DNA of 64,000 nucleotides, from contig NC_087437.1 in the NCBI RefSeq assembly GCF_036321535.1, positions 57,476,001 through 57,540,000 on the forward strand. The letters run 5' to 3'. Position numbers and translations under genes: made by a program. Below the pieces are notes generated by a model. The model had not been told where the DNA came from. It made no database searches and worked only from the letters and a program-made list of their open reading frames with translations. Source of the stretch: Camelus dromedarius. Its lineage: Eukaryota. Positions 10,800 to 23,455 of this stretch are shown here, in pieces. Each line of letters opens with the position of its first letter. Within the stretch, counting starts at the first letter, position 1.

Positions 10800-13640
10800 T
10801 TTTTACTCTAAAAGTCAGGGGGAAAGGCACACACTCATATCATACACATGTCTAACATACAATAAAAAATTATAAAACATAGGTATAAGCAAGGCAATGT
10901 AATCCATAACCAGCCAACTAAGCAGTCAATAGAAGAGACCACAAGTTGATCCAGATGTTAGAATTGGTAGACAAGGACTTTAAAACAGCTCTTGTTCTTA
11001 TGTTATAGGACTTAAAGAAAAGGACATAATGAGTAAACAAACAAGAAATATCAGCAAAAAATTGGAAATCATGAAAAAGGAAATGAGATTTTTAGAACTG
11101 AAAAGGACAATACTTAAGGGAAAAAATACTGGATGTACTTCTTGACAGACTAGAAACTGGCAAATGAAAGCATCATTGAACTTGAAGACAAATTAATAGA
11201 AATTATCCAAGCTAAAATACACAGACACATATTTGACTCCCCGACTCAAACCACAAAACAGACTCAGTAATCACTGACAATGTCCAACAGTCTAACCTAT
11301 GTGGAAGCAAAAGAAATAGAATAAGGCATAAAAATAAATGGTGATCAAAATTTATCAAATATGATAAAAATGAATATTTCTACAGATCCATATCAAAGAA
11401 GCCCAGCTAACTCCAATCAGGATAAATACACCAAAACTATGCCCATGCACATTATAACTAAACTTCTGAAAAATAAAAATAAAGAAAAAAAATTAAAATA
11501 AAGCAAAGAAAGGACAAAGACAAATGAAACACAGGTGAAAAATGAAGGTGAGAAGACAACGGGATAACATCATTAAAGTGCTAAAGTAAAAAACAAATTG
11601 AATCCATAATCCTATATCCAGTGCATATATCCTTCAAACTTGGTAAGATAAAGTGAACATGTTTTCAGATAAACAAAATGAGTGAATTCATTTCTAGCAG
11701 ACTTGAATTATAATAAATGCTGAAAGATATTATTCAGACTGAAGGGAAATTATGCCAGATGGAAACTGATATAGGAAGGAATAAATACCACTGGAAATCA
11801 TAAATGTGTTGATAAATATAAAAGAACATACGTTTTCTTCTTTTAATTTTTAAAGCAAAAATAATAACGTGCTGAGAGCGTTATAATATAAAAACATATG
11901 ACATTGCAGAAAGAACAGGGGTTTAACTGAAATACATTGTTTTAAAAAGGTTCTTACATTTCATGTGAGGTGTTTAATCTTAACTCTAAGCAGACTGTCA
12001 CAAAGTAAGTATCTCTGTTGTACTCTCTAGAGCAAAAACTATATACAAAAGGGTGGATCTAAGAATACAACACAGAAAATAAAATGAAACATAAAGAGCA
12101 TTAATTAAACAAAAAGAAATAAGAAGAAAAATAAAAGTCAGATGAGATAAATACCAAACAAATAGCAAGGTGGTAATTTAAACCCAACCGTTATCAACTC
12201 CCACATTCAATGCAAACAGAGCAAACACTCCCACTAAAGGGCAAAGCCCGCCTACCTGATCAAAAATGCAAAGCCCAACAATATCCTGTCTAGAAGTGAT
12301 CCCCATGAGGCTCATAGAGATTCAAAGTAAAAGTGTGGAGAAGATACACCCAAGTCAACGGTAAGCATAAGAAAGCAGATATGGCTATGTTAATGTCAGA
12401 CAAAGGATGCTTCAAGACAAGGAGCATTATCAGAGGTATAAAAGAACATCTTTGCTGCAATGATTCTTGTTGTGATACCGAGTCCTCAGAAGGCTCCAAG
12501 GTCAGGGAGGGCATTAGGACCTACACATAATAATCCTACTTATGTATGTGCCTACTAATAGTACCTCAAAATACATGAAGCAAAAAGTGACCGAAGTAAA
12601 GGAGGACAACAAATAAGTCCACAACCATAATTAGAGATTTTAATATTCTTCTCTCAGCAACTGTTAAAACACATAGGAAAACTTAGTAAAGATACAGAAA
12701 ATGCAGGCACTATCAAACAACCTGGCCTCATCAATGCTGTAGAACATGATGCCAAACAATAGCAGAATGAATGTTATTTAAGTACACATAGAAAACTCAC
12801 TAAGATAAATGTTGGGCCTTATAAAAAGTCTAAAGACTGACACCTTATAGAGTATGTTCACGAATGACAACAAGATTAGAAATTAATGAAATTCAACATC
12901 TTAAAAATCCTTCAATGTTTGGAATTAAGCAGACATATAAAATCCATGGGCCAAGGAAGAAATCACAAAGAATATTAAAAATAGTTCTAACTCAATAATA
13001 ACATAACCCAAAATATCAAAATTTGTGGGATGTAGCCAAAGTTAAACTATTAGGAAATGAGAATAAATTCTCACATCACAGTGCACATACTGGCCCACTG
13101 ACCCTCTTCTGGGAATATGACCTGCAGATATAGTAGCACATGTGGAAAATGGAGTATGTTCAAGATTATATTCAAGGTAAAGATGCTAGTAACATCAAAA
13201 TACTGAAAAAAACTAAATGTCCTTCGGTAGGGGATTGGTTAAATAAATCCCAGCATGTCCACACAATGTAATACTATACAGCCACTGAAGACAATAAGGC
13301 AGCTAATTATTGCTTTAGAAAGATTTCCAAGATGAATTATTCAATAAAAGAAGCAATCTACAAATGTGTGTATTTGTACATACCACCATTTGTATTAAAT
13401 ACACACATCCATAATACAGACACATACGTATTTGCACAGGCACTATTTGTGTTCAATATGCACATATGCACAAATAGGTATTTGCTTGTGTTATGTTTAG
13501 AAAGTCTCTTGAAGGATTCACAAGAATCTGGTATTACTGTCTACCTCCTAGGACAGGATTTGGGTGGTTGGAGAACAGAACTGTAAAAAATGGACATACT
13601 TTTCTTTATGCATATGTTACTGCTTCAAACAATAAGTTAA
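10800..13640 (+). mobile_element. Old L1 (L1M/L1ME-like): decayed ORF1, ORF2 endonuclease region, then a jump to the 3' UTR
   Basis: ORF1-like gatccagatgttagaattggtagacaaggactttaaaacagct and tgaacttgaagacaaattaatagaaattatccaa. EN-like peptide WRRYTQVNGKHKKADMAMLMSDK (ORF 12333). atcaaaatttgtgggatgtagccaaag at ~13015-13041, then L1ME 3' UTR motifs (aaatgtccttcggtaggggattggttaaataaa). The 5' end may extend to ~10330. Confidence 0.8.
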
Positions 13641-13719
13641 ATTAAGGGGGGAAGCATTGTTGGTCGAGTGAAATTAAAGTACTAGCTAGATGTGGCTCTC
13701 ATATCTCTAATAAAGCGTA

Positions 13720-14303
13720 CAAGGGGAAGGAATTAGTTGGGAGTTCGAGATTTGCAAATACTATTATATATAAAAGAGATAAACAACAAGTTTATACTGT
13801 GTAGCACAGGGAACTATATTCAATATCTTGCAGTAAGCTATAATGAAAAGAACATGAAAATGAATATATATACACATATGTATGTGTATACACACACACA
13901 CACACACTCTCACACAATGGAATATTACTCAGCCATTAAAAAGAATGAAAATTTGCCATTTACAGCAATATGGGTGCACTTGGAGGGCATTATGAAGTAA
14001 AGTCAGACAGAAAGAGACAAATACTGTATGATATCACTTATACGTAGAATCTAAAAAAATACAACAAACTAGTGAGTATAACAAAAAAGAAGCAGACTCA
14101 CAGATATAGAGAACAAACTAGTGGTTTTACAAGTGTGGGGGAGGGGCAGTGTCGGGGTTGGAGAGTGGGAGATACAAACTATTGGGTGTAAGATAGGCAC
14201 AAGGATGTATTGTATAATGCAGGGAACACAGTCAGTATTTCGTAGGAACTATAAATGGAAAGTAATCTTTAAAATTGTATAAAAATAAATCTAAATTTAA
14301 AAA
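13720..14303 (+). mobile_element. Younger cetartiodactyl/camelid-type L1 3' ends (two fused pieces)
   Basis: gataaacaacaagtttatactgtgtagcacagggaactatattcaatatcttg; then acacaatggaatattactcagccattaaaaagaatgaaa (HTMEYYSAIKKNE) through to an A-rich tail. Confidence 0.85.
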
Positions 14304-15669
14304 GTACAGCTGCTGCAATAGTTCTATTTTAAATCTGAGAAAGCTTAGACTCTGAAACGGGAACTTACTTACTTACCCAGGCTCACACAACAAGCAAAAG
14401 CCTCATGACTGCAAGGATAAACTATAAGATCATTGATCCCATAGAAAAAAAAATGGTACTTCCTGTGAAAAACTACCAAAGGAAGATCAATGAAACCCCC
14501 ATTAAATAAACAACTCAGAATGGACTAGTTGAGTAAAGGAGGGAATGAGAACAAACCTGATTACTTACCACATCTTTCAAGTCCTGGTGATTAGACCACC
14601 AAAAACACCTCGGGCCGCCATACAAGGAATATATATTTAACAAACAAACAAACTAACAACCCACTACATCCTTATTTGGGTTCTACTTGTTTTATTTTTC
14701 AGCCTTTCCATGATTTGGATTAATCCCACCATCCAGAGGACCTAACATTTGTCTTCCAATACTACCTACATTTCTAATGAAAGCTGGCGTGAACATTGTG
14801 GGCTTTCCAAAGATGATGACATTTTGCCTCTGAATACGCAGTAAAGGGCTGTTACTGGGGGCGAAGTGTCACTGCAGGGATACTACATAACTATCCCCAC
14901 CATCGCTGAGGAGAAACAACGCCAGAATTTGCTTGTGTTGCTTGCTCATTGGGTTTAAATTACACTTTCATTTAAACATCTTCTTGGCAGTGATTACAAT
15001 GCTCAGTGACTGAAACATTTCTCAGTGAGGAAACTGTAATGGTCAATGAGTGAGAAACACAGGCTGGAATGCACTATGACTACAGAGCACTTGCGCTGTA
15101 GGATTGCTGTGATGTTGCTGTGAGATATCGCAGACACCACAAATCCTTTCATTAATCTGGAAAAACATGTCAGATTGAAAAAAAGGCAAGGGGCGAAGCA
15201 AAACTACCCTGGTATCACGCAGTACCCAGCAGGTGTGAGTCGATGGAGACCTGATATTACGTCCCTTGTAGTGCTGTAAAAACACATCTCAGATGTGTCC
15301 TGCTCAGTCTCCATCAAGCCTGCATGTACCATCCCACCAGTCACTTTCATTTCAACAGCCGAAAGAGTCATCCGCTGGACAAACAGTTCTGATAGAACTA
15401 AAAAGCTAGAATTATTTTTTTTAATCTTTGCTGCAATGATTCTTTCTGTGATACTGAGTCCTCAGAAGGATCATTCAAAGTAAACACATTCACCACTAAA
15501 TAGGAATGAAGAGACAGGGTTTGGTTCACTTTTTGCTTTTCTCTAAAGGTTGTTGCCTGTAATTTACCTCTATCATGTTTCCAACATATTATCATTCAAA
15601 CCAAGAGATGACAAGCATACTTGTTTGGCTTCATGAAATAAAGGAAGTTCCTAAGTTCTTGTGATTAAC

Positions 15670-15850
15670 AGAACCATTGAAATTTAGATCTGCACATATA
15701 TAGTCTGATTCTCCATTTTACAGATGAAGAAATCAAGGAATCCTGTGGGAAGGAAATCACACAATCAGGGTTATGCTGCTTGCTAGATAATACTGAGTCA
15801 GGATTAGAACACTATCTCCAGTCCAGGGGTCTTGCCTCATTTTGCCATGG
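15670..15850 (-). mobile_element. MIR fragment
   Basis: ctccattttacagatgaagaaatcaagg...gtcaggattagaacac. Confidence 0.65.
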
Positions 15851-16669
15851 CGCTCATGTTATGATGTACGCCCTTTCATAGGTAAGAATGACCAGGCGAA
15901 ATAGAAAAACCTATTTCTTATTTAAAAACTTAAACAATTGTACATCGTTTTCATGAATCAAATGACTTTGACCCATGTGCTTCAATTACTAGAATAGTTA
16001 TTACCACTTTGTTTACTGGTTACAGTGAGCACACTTTGTTTTTAGCCATTTTGGTTGTAGGCAGTGAGCATTTTGTTCCTATGATTTCATAAAATAGGAG
16101 GCAGAAGGCAAAAAGAAGCGATGATTTTTACACAAACAGGATAAAAACAGAGTAACATGACTGATGGATTGAATAGGGATTGTGAATGGAGAAGGGGTTA
16201 TATGCCTCCAAGTGGAATTGGCGTCTGTGTGCAAAAGCACGGGGTGAAAGAACAGGGGTGGGATCGTCAAACTCCAGAACTTTATAGCCATCCTGCTACC
16301 TAATGGTCCTATTAGTGCACATTTTGAATTTGATTCATTTGTGTTTCAGAACTCATGACTTAATCTTAGAGTAATTTCCTTTTGCATCTTCTCAGACCCA
16401 ACAAAAATGACAGACCAATGAAATGGTTCTGCAAACATGAACATTTATTTACCTACCTTCCTATCTGTAATGTGTTCAGCTGCAAAGCCATAAAAAGGAA
16501 AGAGTCAGACATATGGATAATTCACAGTCTATGTCTTTACCATCAGATTGCTAAATCACCTCATACATATGCATCTATTTTAATCGGCCATTTGTTATAT
16601 ATCTTTTCATCTCCCACAGATTCCATCACAATTTACATACATATTTCATTTGTTGTTTCTGCTGGGCTT

Positions 16670-16993
16670 TCAACAGGTAGAAAGTCCTCCCACCTGTATC
16701 TGCAAATCCAAATCTCAATTATTCTTAAAGACCTGATTCAGATTCAATTCCTTTCACAAAACCATCTCATCCTGCCATTTGAAAATCGTCTCTTCTTCTT
16801 CTGATCCCCACCACAGCAATTATCTGTGGCTCTCAACATAACATTCACTTTTTATTTTATATTATATGTATTTGCAAATATGACCTTACTAAGTACAACT
16901 TCTTTGTGATCAAGGTCTTGTTCTTATTTCTCCTTGAATCTTGAGCAGTACCTGGCAGCTTCTCTATAAACACTTGTGAATGAATGAATGAAT
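16670..16993 (+). mobile_element. L2 3' end
   Basis: gcagtacctggcagc...taaacacttgtgaatgaatgaatgaat; characteristic (GAAT)n tail. Confidence 0.7.
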
Positions 16994-18799
16994 ATAATCT
17001 TTTACAAATATCTGAAAGTCTGATGAAACAGGCTTTGTAGTGGTCCAACAAACCAGCACAGATATCTTCCAGAGGCCAAGTTTCCTTTGAACCAGCATAC
17101 AAACAAAATCCAAAATCCAACTGTCTACATGTTTTAAATTTTATTTCTTTGTTTTATGCCTGAAACATAAAAATTTCAGCTAACAATCAACAGATCAGTT
17201 GCCTGAAAGGAAATACCATTTATTCTTTCAAAATATCGGAAAAAGAGTGAAACATGATTTTTTTTAAAATAAGCAGGAGTATACATTCTCAAGGGACCTA
17301 CAATATCACAGAATAAGCACAGGTGCGTCTTCTTCACAGTCTGTGTTAGCTTACAAAAGACAGATTTCGTGAAGGGTGTCTATAAATGGAAATACTATTC
17401 CTTTTCTGAATTCAGAACCAATTATGTAAAAATTCAAATATATTTGAACTTGATAAAAGCCATTAAAATGTACTAAGCAAAGCAAACAAATGGTATTCCA
17501 GGCCTTGAGGAATATGAGGGAATCCTAATGTTTCTTCTCTGATGTTAAGTAAATCCATTGTTTTGATAGACTCTCAAATGCTGCAGTTCCTGTTCAGCTC
17601 CTTTCTACATACTTCCACGACGTTGCATAAATCTACATAAAATGCTGTTTAATACTTTGTGAACTGTACATAATTTTTCATATATCTATATATGGTTCTA
17701 CACATACTAAACCGAACAGTAAGAAAGCTATAGTTCTTTTTTTTTTTTTTTACATTAATTCATTCTAATTAAAGCCATTTTTAGGAAATACCCAATGAAT
17801 AAAGAATTTTATTTTCAGGTCACTGAGTACAAAACCCCTCAACTTCTCTTAAATTTTATTTTGTGGAATGCTACGTTATCTGAAAGGGAAATAATCTGGA
17901 CTCATTTTTGGTTTTGATTTGCATGCCCCAATGGGGAAAAAAAACTGGATTGACAGATTAAAAAATAATTGAAAATCCATTGTCTAATTTGAGTCATGTC
18001 TCCGTTAATCTCAAATTCTTTTCCCTGCGTACAACTTTAGTTTCAAAGTTTGGAGTTCAGTTGTCGATAAGCAGTTAGTATTTGAGTTTGGTTTCCCCTG
18101 AAGTTCACCCAGTGTTCAAACGGACTCTTTGCTCTTTTTAGAGATTTTGCAGCTTGGCATTTAAAATATTTTTTTCTCCTTAGTAGAAGTCTGGATTATT
18201 AGAAATGGAGCTGAAAGGGAACTTGGAATTTTTCTAAACCTTTTTATAAAAGGGAAAGACCCAGCTTTGAAAGCCAACCTCAACACTGATGCTGTTCTCT
18301 TAACTCGAAGCCAAGTGGCAAAGTGTCCCAGCATCTCACCAAATTAGCTTGTATTCAGTCTGAATAGAATCTGACCATTTTCTCTAATAGAATCAGCATG
18401 CAAATTCTAGCATTCATCTTTTGAAAAGCTGTATTTTAAAACTACTGTGTGGGAGAGCAGAACAATATGTGGAGATATTATGCTACACTTGACAAGTTTT
18501 AGTTTCTGACCTATTATATAGTCTTTGAGCAAAAACTTATACAGTTTAGCTTTTTTAATAATTTCTCATAAACAAGTCAATAAAACCGCCAATATACGTT
18601 TGCCTGTATTCTCAAGTTCAACGTATATTTTATACGTAAATCAGCTATAGATGGCCCATCCAAGGTAGGGAGAGGAAAAGAAAGGTTAGTGTGAGGTTGA
18701 TAAAATAGCACATTTGTATTTAATGCCTGGGTAGTCACTGAAATAATTATATAATTCATGTACTCTTTCAGCGAACATTTAAATTCTGTCCGTGTTCTA

Positions 18800-19020
18800 A
18801 CCAGTTAATAATATAGAGATGAAGAGACAGCCCTTGTAGTCAGAGTTTACAATACTGTGAGGCACTAAGATTGGGTAATAAAAATCTCCTCTTGAGTAAG
18901 GATCAGGATCAAGAAGAGTTTCCTGGAATGGTCTGTGTTTGACCCTTGAAGAAAGCATAGGAACTTGGTAGATAGACCATGAGGGGAAACGGGAAGGGAA
19001 GGAGATATTTTGTATAAACA
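18800..19020 (-). mobile_element. L2 fragment
   Basis: agacagcccttgtagtcagagtttacaat...aagagtttcctggaatggtctgtgtttgacccttgaagaa. Confidence 0.5.
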
Positions 19021-19300
19021 ATAAATCAACTTATAATATTCTAATTTCCAATAATTGTATGATGCTGTAAATGAAATCTAGAGTGCAAAGAGTCACTTGG
19101 GAGATAGCCTGCCCTAGAAGAAAATCAAATGAATGCTAAGCACAGCACTTTCATGCTCCATACAACCTACTGCATTTAGAAGACTCTGCTGGCCTTTCCA
19201 AAGTTTACTGCGGGATTACAGACTGAAACTACACTCAGGCTTTTCTTTCAGTTTTAAGTTGTTTTCCGGAGATGGTACTTAATCGCCAATTAAAGAATGC

Positions 19301-19317
19301 TGCCACTAGGTGGCGTG
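19301..19317 (+). promoter_or_regulatory. Candidate CTCF binding motif
   Basis: TGCCACTAGGTGGCGTG matches the core consensus CCASYAGRKGGCR at all 13 positions; it lies in apparently non-repeat DNA. Confidence 0.6.
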
Positions 19318-19509
19318 GTGGTGGCTTGGCTGGAACAGGCTGCATTCAGTAGACCGAGAAAGAGAGGGTTATGGGTCCCATGATTCCTATTTCTAGCTCT
19401 CTTCATTTTTCTTTCAAAAACTGTATCGGACAGGTAAGAAACACCTCAAAATAAGCTTTTAGAAATAATTGATTGTGTGATGTGATACCTGCACTAAAAC
19501 ATTTTCTGA

Positions 19510-19730
19510 GAGGTAGAAGGAAACAAAGGAACGCTTAGGGCTTTGGTATCATACACAGGATTCCTTTGCTGCCTCTGAGTTTATTACTTGTGTAAAAGCC
19601 AGCAAGTGCCTTAATTTCTATAAGCTTTGGCTTTCTCATATGTAAAACTTGAATAAGCATACTTATTTTACATGTTTGTTATAAGATAAATAAAACCATA
19701 TGGTTCAATGTGACTTTGGAAAGAGCGTGG
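19510..19730 (+). mobile_element. MIR
   Basis: agggctttggtatcatac...gcaagtgccttaatttctataagctttggctttctcatatgtaaaa...tttgttataagataaataa. Confidence 0.65.
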
Positions 19731-20369
19731 GTAACCATGCAGTTATGACCCATGGATATGTTTGCTTTAATTCCAACGGTTTCTTCAAATTCATAAAATT
19801 ACATATAGAAATGCAACTTTTAGCCTCTTATGAAAAGCCTGAGGCTACATTGGGTCTTCACTGCTTCTATCTAAGAATTATTGGAGCTAATTTAGCTAAA
19901 TGCCCCTCTCCCCACCATGGGCTCTCAGCACTTGGGTTTGCTATCATGGGTTTAGAATAGATTTGCCTGGGATTCTGGTGTATTAACATAAAACAAACAA
20001 ACAAAACAAAACACAGCCTCTTCACATGAGTCAACAGCTTGTAGCCTTTCTGAGCCTCAGTCTCAGTTTCATGAAAACTCCCGTCCTGTCAGCACTGTCC
20101 AAATGGGGCTTTTCAATTCCCCTTCATTCCTCTGTTCTTTCCTGCTTTACTTTCCACACTTGGAGGAGTCCAACAGAGAAAGCCAATGTCAGACAGTCTC
20201 TTGAGAAATAATATTCTTTTCCGTGATGAAGGTATATTTTTCAGTTTCAAAATGAGACAAATTTGACTTGTCCAAGCAGGAATGAGCTGTTCATTAGATT
20301 CATTTACTTGTCTAGGAACTGGATTTAAAAAACTGTAAATCTAGCCAGCTCTTTCCTCCCTGTGCTCGC

Positions 20370-20779
20370 TCTTATGAACTGAATTGTGTAACCTCAAAAT
20401 TCATAGGTTGAGTTAGGGAACTCTCAGTACATAAGCAAGTGACTCCATTTGCTGATATGGCCTTTAAAGAGGTAACTGGGTTAAAATGAGCCTATTAGGG
20501 TGTAGCCCTAATCCAATCTGGCTGATATTCTTATAAAAAAAAAAAAGTGAAGACACAGAGAGACACCTGGGGTGCTCATGCGCAGAGGGGCTGCCCTGTG
20601 AAGACGCAGCAGAAGGGTGATCACCTGGGAGATGAGCAAAGAGATCTCAGAGGAAACCAACCCTACTGGCTCCTGGATCTCGGACTTCCAGCCTCCAAAA
20701 CTGTGAGAAAAGAAATTTCTATTGTTTAAACCACCCAGTCTGTGGTATTTTGTTATGGCAGCCCCAGTGAATGAACACA
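20370..20779 (+). mobile_element. MaLR solo LTR (MLT1B-like)
   Basis: Starts ttatgaactgaattgtgtaacctcaaaattcata; contains gccctaatccaat and ggacttccagcctccaaaactgtgagaaaagaaatttctattgtttaaaccacccagtctgtggtattttgttatggcagccc; ends aacaca. Confidence 0.88.
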
Positions 20780-22739
20780 CCCTCCAAAGAAGATTCTGGT
20801 CTGGCTACTCGGTCTCTGTCATTCCTTTGAGCAGGATGTTTTTAAAGTCTTCTGTGTTTGAAGGTCAGGAGCAAGGAGGGAGAAAAGCAAGACTGTGTGA
20901 AGCAGAAAAGGTCAAGGAGGAGTTTTCCATTTTTTGTGGGAAAGGGCAGGCTGAAGAAAAGCATGAGGACATGTAGGGTGGGGAACACAGCTTATGAGAG
21001 TTAAGAAAAATTTTGGGTTTTTTTTTTTTAAGGGGGTCTTGAGAAAGATTAAGAGTTTAAGTTATTCTGAGATTATGTTGCACAGACTTTTTTTTTTTTT
21101 TATCAGTATCACATCTCCAGCATCAAACACAGTGGTCAAACTTCATAATTATTCTACAAATAATATATCTCTTGGTAACGATCAGACAGACAAACACCAT
21201 CTACAAGTTGCATCTGGCATGAAGTTTTATGTTTCAGAAATTACCATACATAAAAAAAAATTTTAAAGGACAAGTTATTGATTCACTGAAGCAATCACAT
21301 TTTAGAAGAAAAATCTAATTCTTTGACAGAGCTACAACATGCTTTTCACCGGAACCCAACTTTATACTGATAATCGGATTCTTACAAATTCTAATTCCAA
21401 CTCTCTTTTTGAAATACTCTTCCAAAATTTTAGTCGGTCAATACCAGCTCCCTGACCCCTGAAAAAGCATTGGACTACAAATGTGATGATATGAGTGAAA
21501 AGGTCTTGTAAATTAAAATGCACCATATATGTGCAAAGAATTATCATTTATGCCTGTTATTCTGAGGAATGATGACCTCTTAAAAACAAAAAATTTCTGT
21601 CCATTTCTTTAGGCTTTCATAAGAGTGAGCCCAAGATGTCAGCCTTGCTTGCCCTGAACTAGGTATGTTCAGGACCGCCAACATGTCTATTAAAATACGG
21701 CTCCACGAAGTGGATGTCTATTTTAGATGCAGTCTAATCTGAGGTGAGAAAGGAGTTACTTCAAATTTTATAACTTGATCTTTTATGGACACTGTCCCTC
21801 TGCCACTGTCTTGGACACAGACCCTGGACTGCATGGGAAGAATGTTCATTTTCTTTTTAAGGCAATCAAGGACCCCTTCATCAACAGTGATTTAAGTTTC
21901 TTTTCCTTTTAAGTAGGTTCCCATTATCAGTGTTCTTCCTCAACAGTCCCAGAGTTATAACTCTTACCAAACACACCTCTTCTCTTAAAACCTGGTGATA
22001 AGAATTAGCTTGGTTTAGACTGGGTAACATTTCAAAGCTATACCTCACGACCTAATCCTATGTCATCTGTCATTTTCAACACAACTGGGTCATACCATGA
22101 CTCCACCTATCTTAGGATGAGTTCCCAATCTATACTGAAACACTTTCAAATGTTGGGAAGTGGCCTTTGTCCTCACTCCTTTTAAAAGACATTTTTATTG
22201 CAAATATTATAATTTATGTGCCATCCCTCACTGTGACTCCCACGAATATCATGAGCCTGACACACAAAGTAACTGTTGTTGGCTCACCCTCGTGTGCCTG
22301 AGTTTGGCTGTGAGTCAATAGTCTTGGTCTCTCTCAAGTTCCTCTTCTACCAAATGGTGCACACTGAGACAGCAGGTGTGCGTAGTGTGCGGAAAACAGA
22401 AAAGCAGCATCTTTCTAACTAGAATGACATCTCTGCTCCTCACAATCCAAGCAGTGCCGGATTCATGCTTCTCCTGACATAACTATTGAAAATGAACTTG
22501 AGGATTTAAAAATGGAGGCACACTTTCAATAAAAGGTATAGTTTCCTAGTACTTCATGAGGCTGATCCATCTGAAGCAGAAATATATTCAAATAGGTCAG
22601 AAACTTGTAAAATGGATAACAGGAGATTTAGCTCATTAGGCTTATCTTGGGATCTGCCCAAAATACCAAAGCACTTGCTTCAGAGTGTGCTGAAGCTTTT
22701 CAATTCACTGGCCCGGAGATCAGTACATTCTCATCTAGT

Positions 22740-23010
22740 GCAAGGATAGTAAATTCACATGTCTGGAGGGACCAGGTGGTAACCTAAATTAGTGACTCGG
22801 GGTGAGCAGGAGCTATGGACCCTGAAGATACTCATCTCTCCTCTTGTAAAATGAAAGCATGGTCTAGAGTCTAGCTGATATTGATAGTTTCCTAGAGTTA
22901 GTTACCATTTCATATTACTCTGGACAAAATTTTCCTTGATAGCTGTAAACATCAGGATATTTCCATGAGGGTTTATGTCATACATTTAATATGTTTGGCA
23001 CCCTAAAAAT
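22740..23010 (+). mobile_element. Possible MER102-like hAT DNA transposon remnant
   Basis: aaattcacatgtctggagggaccaggtggtaacctaaattagtga resembles the recalled MER102 5' end. Confidence 0.4.
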
Positions 23011-23329
23011 AAAATATTGAATAATTGGCCATATTTTTTTCTTTCTATGCATGAACATCATATAGATAATTCTAGAGTGTGTCATTTTTCTTTCCTGAGA
23101 AGATAATCATAGAAATGCACCTTTCTTAACATTCAAAAAATTACTACTATACTTGAAACCTTATCAAGTCCCCATTCACTTTACATAAAACTATAATCTA
23201 AGGTAGTCTAACAAAAGTATGTACGCTTTTTAGTAAGGAATTTGATTATTTTTATATAACTTTTTTTTAGATTTCTCATAAAAAATATAATCCTGGTGCA
23301 ACCAATATTATTTGGTTTTTAAGATTATT

Positions 23330-23455
23330 TAATTAATTCACATACCAAGGATTAATAGGATTCCTGCTTTGAGTCAGATACTCTGCCAGGGGGTGGGGTA
23401 ATAAATAAGTAATAATGATCTACTCTGTCCTCATGCAGCTAAGTATTTCACGGGG
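23330..23455 (-). mobile_element. L2 3' end fragment
   Basis: ttcctgctttgagtcagatactctgccagggg...ctctgtcctcatgcagcta. Confidence 0.55.

Noticed and set aside
12290..15595. Shared peptide PSEDSVSQ(Q/K)ESLQQR in two minus-strand ORFs, suggesting paralogous exons
   Set aside because: Explained by the 46-bp DNA duplication; no evidence of coding.
16382..16804. 140-aa ORF
   Set aside because: Non-ATG start, no recognisable homology, overlaps an L2; consistent with chance.
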